Shown: positions 10,901 through 19,612 of the stretch, one piece after another
Layout of the letters: each line of letters starts with the position of its first letter
Position numbering within the stretch: position 1 is the stretch's first letter
Origin: Craspedostauros australis
Taxonomy: Eukaryota
DNA length: 23,117 nt
Assembly (NCBI GenBank): GCA_030167865.1
Contig: JALAGF010003204.1
Location: 62,001-85,117, forward strand
Reading direction: 5' to 3'
Translations under genes and position numbers: made by a program
The notes under the pieces: model-generated
Told to the model about the DNA's origin: nothing
The model's database searches: none
The model's input: only the letters and a program-made list of their open reading frames with translations

Positions 10901-13708
10901 AGGTCAACGCGCGTCTGTCCCGATCGTCAGCCCTCGCCTCCAAGGCAACCGGCTACCCGCTGGCGTATGTGGCCACCAAGCTCTCCCTCGGCAAGAATCT
11001 GGTGGGCATCAACAACTCCATCACGAAGACAACCACGGCGTGCTTCGAACCGAGTCTGGACTACTGCGTCCTGAAGATGCCGCGATGGGATCTGAAAAAG
11101 TTCAATCGCGTCAGCAACAAGCTTGGATCATCCATGCTCTCCGTCGGCGAAGTCATGTCGATCGGCAGATCGTTCGAGGAGGTCATTCAGAAGGCATGCC
11201 GCATGGTGAACCCTGCGCTGGATGGGTTGGAGGGAGAGTATTCCAATCTCATCGATGACTCTGTTGATCTGGAGACCCGCTTGAAGATGCCAACCGACAC
11301 GCGTCTTTTCGCCGTCCAAACCGCCCTCGAAAAGGGATGGTCCATCGACAAGGTCTTCGAGCTCACCAAGATCGACCGCTGGTTCCTCAGCAAACTGGAG
11401 AACATAGCCAAGATGCGCAAGGCGTGCATTGAGATTGGCAGCATCGATGGTCTGGTCAAGGACAACGCGCGCGAACGTCTCATGATGCTGAAGCAGGCCG
11501 GTTTCAGTGATCGACAGGCAAGTGTACTGCTCGTGCAGAGGTGTGCCGCATGCTTCGCAGTATCTCCTGCTGTTTCTTGTTTGCCCTACCATACAATTGC
11601 AGCTGGACGTTCTGTATGATTGTGCCATTTCTCTGCCTGACTCTCTCGTCTCACACTGATATTCACATTTGCAATGTTGTTGACCTTGTCTCCTACAACA
11701 CATGTCATGCCACGCCATGTAATATTACTGCATGTTGCACCTTTTGTGCTCCATGTACTTCACTATATGCCTTTTGTAGATCGCACGATATGTTGGAGTC
11801 CCATTGGATTGTAAGAGCGTTCACACGATTCGCGCCACAAGAAAGAGCTTCGGTGTCATCCCGGTCGTCAAGCAGATCGACACTCTGGCTGCTGAATTCC
11901 CAGCCCAAACCAACTATCTGTACGTGACGTACTCAGGCGATGTGGATGACATTCCGGACGCGCTTCAGTCGGAGGAGGACGAGGCGGCGGCGAGATTGCT
12001 ATCGCGCAGCACCAGCCAGCTGGATCCCCCAACCTTCCAGAAACGGACCCGTGCATTGTCCACTGCGACAGGGGCGCAGGCATTTGCCTCGGACAAGGAG
12101 CGCGGCGTGATCGTTCTTGGATGCGGAGCGTACTGCATCGGATCCAGCGTGGAGTTCGATTGGTGCGCAGTGTCATGCATCCGGCAGCTGCGACGGGATG
12201 GTTACAAGAGCATCATCATCAACTACAATCCGGAGACCGTCAGCACTGACTACGACGAATCGGACCGATTGTACTTTGAGGAATTGAGCCTTGAGCGCAT
12301 CCTGGATATCTACGAACGCGAGAATCCGTTCGGTGTGGTCGTGTCTGTGGGTGGTCAGATCCCCAACAACATCGCCGGTCCACTTTCTGAATCCGGTGTT
12401 AAGATTTTGGGGACGAACGCGCGCGATATCGAGCGTGCGGAGGACCGCCACCAGTTTTCGGACATGCTTGACAACATGGGCATTGGACAGCCGGAGTGGT
12501 CCGTGCTGTCATCGAAGGACGAGGCCGTGGCGTTCGCCGAGAAGGTGAGCTTCCCGGTGCTCGTCCGTCCTAGCTTCGTGCTCTCGGGTGCAGCCATGAG
12601 GGTTGCGACCGACGCCTCGGAGTTGAGGAACTTCCTGGGACTTGCGGCAGACGTGGCCGACGACAAACCGGTGGTGGTGACCAAGTTCGTTGAGAACGCC
12701 AAGGAGATCGAGTTCGATGCGGTGGCTAGCAAGGGCAAGATCCTGAACTACGCCATCGGGGAACACTTGGAGAATGCTGGAGTCCATAGTGGTGACGCCA
12801 CAGTCATCCTCCCGGCCCAGAAGCTCTACGTGAAGACGATCAAGCAAGTCAAACGCTATGCCGCCCTGATCGCTGCGGCACTGAACATCACAGGCCCATT
12901 TAACATCCAGTTCATGGCCAAGGGCAACAAGGTCCAAGTCATCGAATGCAACTTGCGCGCTAGCCGCACCTTCCCATTCGTTAGCAAGACGTTGAACAAC
13001 AACTTCATTTCGTTGGCCACGAAGGCGATGGTCGGCATGCACCCGGAGCCGTACAAGATCTCGCTTCTCGACATTGACTACGTCTGCGTGAAGGCGCCTA
13101 TCTTCTCATTCACCCGTCTGCGTGGCGCCGACCCCACTCTGGGCGTTGAGATGGCATCCACGGGAGAAGTGGCGTGCTTCGGTGAAGATCAGAACGAAGC
13201 CTACCTCCTCTCGCTGCTGTCTTCCACCTTTAAGCTCCCAACGAAGAAGCGCACCATTTTGCTCTCCATCGCGAGCGACACGTTCCGGTACGAGTGCGCG
13301 GAGTCCGTAGTCGTCCTGCAGAAGCTCGGCTACAAGCTGTACGCAACTCCCGGAACTGCCAAGTACTTCAAGGACAACAACGATGTGGATATGATCAACG
13401 TGACAAAGCCGGATGATGAAAACGACGACGGCGAAGGCACGGCGCTGAACGTCATCAAGGACGGAAGCATCGACCTGGTCATCAACATCAGCGACGGCAC
13501 CGGACGCAAGGACGAGATTACCGCCGGATACAGGATCCGTCGTGCGGCTGTCGACTTTGGAACCAGCCTGGTGACCAACGTGAAGTGCGCCGTCGAGCTC
13601 GTGCAGTGCCTCGAACGTGGAATGGACAAGAAGGATGCCTTCATCCCACGGCACATCGGCGAGTACTACAAGATCCCAACCGTCGGATGGTCCACCAGCA
13701 AGCTCGTC

Positions 13709-13711
<3 letters not shown>
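7956..13711 (+). CDS. CPS: Glutamine-dependent carbamoyl-phosphate synthetase, fused small (GATase) + large subunit, about 1551 aa; likely the cytosolic pyrimidine-type enzyme
   Basis: Exons 7956-8003, 8416-8847, 9274-11517 and 11780-13711, all junctions phase 0. Motifs: [52 protein letters not shown] (catalytic Cys), [87 protein letters not shown], and a C-terminal MGS-like domain ([16 protein letters not shown]). No fused DHOase or ATCase. Confidence 0.96.
11518..11779 (+). other. Non-canonical GC-AG intron in CPS
   Basis: CAG|GCAAGT donor and TGTAG| acceptor. Splicing restores the conserved GFSDRQ|IA motif in frame. Confidence 0.85.

Positions 13712-13742
<31 letters not shown>
13711..13742 (+). 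repeat. (GA)16 microsatellite starting at the CPS stop codon
   Basis: TAG at 13709-13711 runs directly into a perfect GA run. Confidence 0.95.
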
Positions 13743-13744
<2 letters not shown>

Positions 13745-14359
13745 AAGGTGAACATACCTTGTGGGCGGATGGATGGATGGTGGTGATGATGGCGACGATG
13801 ATAATGGAATTACTCCTAGAATACTACATGGTACCAGTATGACGCAGCACGAAGTGAAGTGGCGGGGTACGAATTCAGCACAAAATAGTATGCGTGCTAA
13901 GACAAAGAAATAAACAAGAGCAACAAGTTACAAAGTATTATTCTATAATATGTTATAACTCTCTATTGACTGCAGAGAGCACAATGTTATTGCAATTGAA
14001 AATGAAAGCAAATAGGGTCTTCGCATGTTGCAATCATGTACTGGTATGGTGGGACGCCGGTGCTCGTTGATCTCGTCGTTATCGCACATGTATCCGTGAG
14101 ATGCTTGGTCGCTCGTTGAGCAGTTGGCTGGTTGATGCTGCCCTCCCAATGCAGAAGTGTGAATGCTACCATAACACTGTTGAGACCACACGGATACGAG
14201 CTACGCAAGGGAAGACGAGTCGAGTAAAGCAGCGTATCGTACACAAATGCAGCAGAGTATGCTTTAGAGCGCTCTAGACGGTAGAACTATGGTATCCTCG
14301 TACTGTATGGTATGGTGCGGTATGGCGCGGTATGATATCTTCCTGGCCATCAAGTGCGC

Positions 14360-15172
14360 TTATTTGCCGGCTCCAGCGAAAGTAGTGACATCGACCTTTG
14401 GACCTTGCTCTCCGGCTGCCCAGGCGGAGGCCTTGTAGTGGAATTCACCCTGCACAGCGAGCTTGCTCTTGGCTGGCTCCTTGAGGGCGCTTCGCACAGA
14501 GACAGCAGCACGGTTGACGTACTGCGCTCGAACATGTGCATGTATGTGCACGGATGTGTGTGAATGTGAATGCATTTGTGTTGGTTGGAATCCCGTTTTA
14601 TGGAGGTCGGTGGTCGCCATTATCAAAGTCAACATAAGCATGCAGAGTGTCGCGTACAGTTGAAACGGAATGGGCCAAGGGTGGCAATACATTGTTTTAC
14701 GCGCAGGAAGAGAAATCAGCAAAGGGAGATGGATCGACAAAGATGGAGGTGGTGCAAGCTTGTGTGAGATCGTCGCTTGGTGCATGAGTGCGAATGGGCG
14801 GTTGCCTCTCTTCTTTGTTGCAACAAGATGCCGATGAACGAAGCACATTTCATGCGTGGGTGATGGTGAATGCAGCGCTGAAGGCTTTGGCTCTGGTTCT
14901 GCCACATGCTCTTTCCCGAAGTGCTCTCATCCATCCATCCATCCTCAGGCACCGCGCCAATGCAATATAATGCACCGTACAGCTCATGGTATGGGCACGG
15001 ACATTCAGAAGCAGAATTCCAACCCCAATGCTACGCGTATGTGCGTATGCATCCGTGGCTGGCGCATCTTCCAGATTGCTTCGTATCATAACGCGGGAGC
15101 TTTGATGGTCCGTACCTGAAGGTAGGAGAGGCCGGCAATGCGCCAGAAGGATGCGGCAGGTGGTGCAGTCAT
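14360..15172 (-). CDS. ATP5F1E: Mitochondrial F1 ATP synthase subunit epsilon, 72 aa
   Basis: Exon 1 15172-15116 (MTAPPAASFWRIAGLSYLQ), intron 15115-14522 (CAG|GTACGG..GCGCAG|), exon 2 14521-14360 (YVNRAAVSVRSALKEPAKSKLAVQGEFHYKASAWAAGEQGPKVDVTTFAGAGK*). WRxAGLSYxxY...A..VRxALK is the ATP15/epsilon signature. Confidence 0.93.
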
Positions 15173-15830
15173 GATTGCTGTGCTTTCTGTTGTGCGAGAC
15201 AAAGAGGGAGGGAGGGTTTGGCGGTTGCTTTGTCGGTGATGGCAATCGGCGGGGAGGGTGGTGTTGGCGTTGGCGTTGGCGTGGGTGCTGGTTGAGATCG
15301 TCTCCGAACAGCAACACTGTTGCTCCAGTTGCTCAAGTCTTGGTACAATTACCGTGGACCACCACGACGATGATGACGAAACAACGGCGCAAACCAAGCA
15401 AGCAATTCTCGCCACCGTCGTCATGGTCGTTCTTGTTTGTCTGTCGGGCAAATGGCAGACGATGCACCGAAACAACGACGATCGACTCAATCGATCCCAA
15501 CAGAAACGACGACCACCTTGATCCGAAAGTCCGCAAGCTTCTGTTTGGATCGATTCAGATCCTTTTCTCTTGGCGTTCGGCGGATGCCTCGGAGCGAGAT
15601 CTCCCACGACACCCAGCACACATTTCACACCAAAACAACAACATCGACAACATCGATAGCAACCACAACATCGATAGCAACCACAACAGCGATAGCAGTG
15701 GACATCGCCGTTCCCATACCAACTAAGAATACTATTGCATTATTGTACAGCAACCATCCTGACGAAATCCCAAGGACCGTAGCAGAGCAGAAGAACAGCA
15801 AACAGCAAACAACAATACTCCAACAACAGC
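15173..15830. promoter_or_regulatory. Probable bidirectional promoter/5' leader region between ATP synthase epsilon and proteasome beta3
   Basis: Head-to-head start codons about 660 nt apart. GT-rich composition on the left changes to AC-rich on the right, so each sense-strand leader is AC-rich. Confidence 0.55.
15648..15698 (+). repeat. 18-bp tandem repeat CAACATCGATAGCAACCA, about 2.8 copies
   Basis: Copies at 15648-15665 and 15666-15683, with a degenerate copy at 15684-15698. Confidence 0.85.
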
Positions 15831-16445
15831 ATGTCCATCCTCGAATACAACGGCGCCGCCATCGTGGCCATGGCCGGCAAGGACTGCGTGGGCATCGCCG
15901 CCGACCGCAGACTGGGCGTGCAGCTGCACACGGTGGCCTGCGACTTCACCAAGGTCTTTCAGATGGCGCCCAAGCTGTTCGTCGGCCTGGGCGGACTCGC
16001 CACGGACGTGCAGACCCTCAAGAGCCTGCTCGAGTTCCGGATCAACCTCTACAAGCTCAAGGAGGAGCGGGACATGACGCCGACAGTCTTCTCCAACCTC
16101 CTCTCCACCATGCTCTACGAAAAGCGCTTTGGCCCGTACTTCTGCGAGCCCGTCGTGGCCGGATTGGACGACAACGGCAAGCCCTTCCTCTCGTCGATGG
16201 ATCTCATCGGGGCCCCTGTTCTGTGCGATGATTTCGTCGTCACGGGGAACTGCACCGGCAACCTCTACGGAATGTGTGAAGCGCTCTACAAGCCGGATCT
16301 GGAACCGGATCAGCTCTTTGAGACCCTGGCGCAGGCGCTGCTCAGCAGTGTGGATCGTGACGCCATGTCCGGTTGGGGAGGCGTCGTGCACATCATCACC
16401 AAGGACAGCGTCATCACGAAAGAACTCAAGGGCCGAATGGATTAG
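15831..16445 (+). CDS. PSMB3: 20S proteasome subunit beta type-3 (Pup3), 204 aa
   Basis: Single exon MSILEYNGAAIVAMAGKDCVGIAADRRLG...GLGGLATDVQT...LYEKRFGPYFCEPVVAGLD...DLIG...LFETLAQALLSSVDRDAMSGWGGVVHII...LKGRMD; typical length and motifs. Confidence 0.97.
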   Translation: MSILEYNGAAIVAMAGKDCVGIAADRRLGVQLHTVACDFTKVFQMAPKLFVGLGGLATDVQTLKSLLEFRINLYKLKEERDMTPTVFSNLLSTMLYEKRFGPYFCEPVVAGLDDNGKPFLSSMDLIGAPVLCDDFVVTGNCTGNLYGMCEALYKPDLEPDQLFETLAQALLSSVDRDAMSGWGGVVHIITKDSVITKELKGRMD

Positions 16446-16637
16446 ACTGGACTGTGCTGGAGTCGAATGGAATAGACTGTGCTCCAGAGTATGCTGGAGT
16501 ATTTGTAGATTCCTCTCCACAACACTCTAATTAGCGCCCCTTCATCTGTACTCTACCAACATGAAATGAACAAGGACCATATGTTTGCTGTACTTCTATT
16601 CTACAAACACCAAGAGTTGATTGATTCTGCATGTTGC

Positions 16638-18470
16638 TCACACGGCCTCGGCACCGCCCAAGCTGCTGCTGCTGCACGCGTTCGGCGTCTCGTCGCCCTC
16701 GCTCGCTGACGAGACCTGAATCGGCAAGGAGCTGCTCAGCGGATCGTCCGCCACCTTGCGTGCCCAGCTGGCCACCAAGCTCGCATGGTGCGGAATATCC
16801 TTCCACGCTGATCGAACGACCAGCTCCTTCAGCTGAGCCTCCATGCTGTCGAGGTAACGCTGGATCACCTTCGCGCTCGGCGGCTTCAAATCCGCGACCC
16901 GACTTTCCGTGCCGCTCTCTTGCAGCAACGAATCATCCCACGGCAGTTCCAGGCCATTGAGCAGCTTCTCCGTCGCATCGTACGATGTCGCATTCTCGAC
17001 GGTCAACTCCAGAAGCGGAAAGTCAATGTCGTTCAGCTGCTGCATGTTGGCCTCGTTCCCGAACGATGCTCCGATCATGAGATCCATGTTGTCGTCCAGC
17101 GCCGCGACCTCATGATGCGCCACATTGCTGCTGCTGTTGTTGTTGTTCTCAGGAGAGATGATGGCGGGGTAGTTGCCAAACTCCGCCGACGCTTCCATGC
17201 TCTCCCCCATCCCCACGGGGGATTCGGAGCGGATTGGATGCGCAGCAGGAAGGCGTTGGATGTACGCTGCAGCCGATGCGGATGGCATACGACCGGCTCT
17301 ACTCCGCATGTATGGGCGTTGGAAAGGACCCCTCATTCGCTTTGCCATCGCTGCGGCGGTCTTGGCCGATCGACGGGGCTTGCGAATAGTGGCGCGTGCT
17401 CGAACTCGTGGCGCAGATTTGGCCGACGCTGGCACGGCAGCTCTCTTCGTGGTGCGTGGCTTCTGTCCTGTGGCTCGCTTGGAGGAGAAGTAGACATGCA
17501 GCAGACGGAATTCCTTGATCTCCTTCCTCTTGTCATCGAACATGGTCCACAAGGCGCCACCCTTCTTGCTGCAGTACTCCGGAAGTCCTCTGGGATAGCA
17601 GTATCGTTGCTGGATGGCGGTGGTCGGTGGGAACTGTGCGGGCATTGATGCATGAATTTGATTGGTGGATTGATGCGTGGGTGGATTGATGCGTGGGTGG
17701 CGTGGATAGTGCAGTTCAGTTGAATAGATTACATTAGTAGGCGTGCCAAATGTGAGAGAAGTACGAGGAGTACAATGGGATGTGTGAGCATGGGTGGGGA
17801 AGGTCTTCGTGCACGCGTAGATGTACTGCCAACATCCAGCAGAGAGCACATGCAGCACACCACGACACAGAGCAAGACAGGACAGGATCGTGATGCCAAC
17901 CGTACCTGAGGCCCAGACAGCTGCCAGCTGACGCCGCTTTCAGGCACGCCGTTCATCATGAGATGTTCCAGATGCGCTGGTGCCCGTGGTGGATCCCTTA
18001 TCACCCGTTGCGTCTTGCCCTTCTTGGGCTTTGGCTGCGGCCGCAACAGCACATAGAGACCATCTGTGTTTGTGGGTTCGCAAAAGCAGAAAATGGAACA
18101 ACGGCAAAAAGGAGAAAACGGCCGCGATGGGAATCGGAATCGGCAGGTGACAATGGTGAGAGACATGGGGTTCAAGGAGCACGGCATCCGTTCGATGCAT
18201 GATCGCTGTGAAGGTCTCTGCCATCGGCGTTGTCATCACAAGCACACAAGAATGGATCTCATGCACACAACGACGCATCATGACACTGAGACGGCAAAGA
18301 AGCAACAAAAGAGACGCACCCTCGAACTGATAGTTGGGCGGCGACAGATCGTTTCCCTCGGGACCGACCTGCACGATCTTGAAGTTGAGATGCGGCGGAG
18401 GCAGCTCGTTGTTGAAGAGACATTGGAAGATGGTTCGCACTTCCGTGTCCGTGAGGCGTCGAGGACCCAT
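16638..18470 (-). CDS. Hypothetical protein, 434 aa; putative transcription factor with a diverged CG-1/NAC-like N-terminal domain
   Basis: Exons 18470-18320, 18063-17906 and 17633-16638; introns 18319-18064 (GTGCGT..CAG) and 17905-17634 (GTACGG..CAG) are phase-compatible and have long AG-free zones. About 155-aa globular N-terminus, then a basic NLS-like stretch, a low-complexity/acidic region and a C-terminal helical segment. The gene is well supported; the function is inference. Confidence 0.75.
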
Positions 18471-19612
18471 CGTTGCGTGTAATGTGATGTGTTGTGATGT
18501 GATGTGTTGTGGTGTTGTCTTACGATCGAAAGATGGGATCTCGCGTGTTTCGTTCTTTGATTAGCGCTTGGATGGCCGTTGTTGCTGCTGGTGTTGCTGC
18601 TGTTGTCTCCAACTATGTCGGTGCCTTCGAGGTTGCCGTGATGTGATGGAGTTACTTTCGTTGTGTGGACTTTCGTTGTATGGACTTTGTGAGTTTATGG
18701 CCGTGGAGTCTGAAGTTTATGATCAGAGTGCTGTTCGGTCGTCGCTTGTATTCACCCTCACCACGGTCCATCACGATGATCCGATGCTCATCACATGCTT
18801 CCACTGCAAGCACAAGTATCGCACAAGCATTCAAATGGATGAGGATCAACGCGTCTTGGATGGCAGAGTCCATTTTCGTTTGCAAATCGTGACCGTGGAT
18901 GGAACATCGTTGGATGGGCCGGCGTGATGTGTCGCAGCTTGACGTCACAATAACCGTCTCAAAGTTTGAACCCGGACGTAACCAACCAACATGACGGACT
19001 TTTCGTTTTCAGGGGATAGGATCACATCCCATCACGTTGGAGACTCAAGAACACAATGGTCATCGGCATGGACATGACCATCAACATCAAGACTGCCACG
19101 AGGATGATGGACAGAAGTTGCTGAAACGTTACGAGTGCCGATTCCAACAGCGTAGAATAGCGCCTGTTCCTCTTGACTCGCATCATGAGATTGAGCGGAG
19201 CTGCTGGTAATTGCATTGCTTGGAAGTGCGAAAGACTTTGGTTTGTTTGTGGTTGATTGATTTGATTGACTGATTATTGTTCACATTTTCTCTCTATTCG
19301 TCATTTGCGGCTGCTCCAGTGCTATGAGCATGCTGGCGATCCTTCCTGACTGTTGATCTTCCTTCCATGGGGCGAGTACCCAGGTTCATTTTCCTAGCGG
19401 CAGGTGCAAGTTCCCTTGTCCTTTTCTCTCTCTCGTCAATCTGAGCATTCCGATCATCGTGCGCCTCTTCATCATCGATTGCGCACCCAGTATTCCTCCA
19501 GTTCGAATGAGCATACAAACACAATGATGCATGCCTCCTTCCTTTCTGCATTCGTCGTCATGTTCCCAATCCGAAAATATGCATGAATTGGGTCCCGCCA
19601 TATTCCTCCATT

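Noticed and set aside
17634..17858. Open frame WQYIYACTKTF... with an alternative in-frame acceptor at 17826
   Set aside because: It contains a 16-bp tandem repeat and a 169-nt AG-free zone pointing to the acceptor at 17634. I treated it as intron, although alternative splicing is not excluded.
18568..18927. 119-aa plus-strand ORF with Cys clusters
   Set aside because: TTG start; the Cys run derives from a (TGC/TGT) repeat in the neighbouring gene's upstream region; no recognisable domain.
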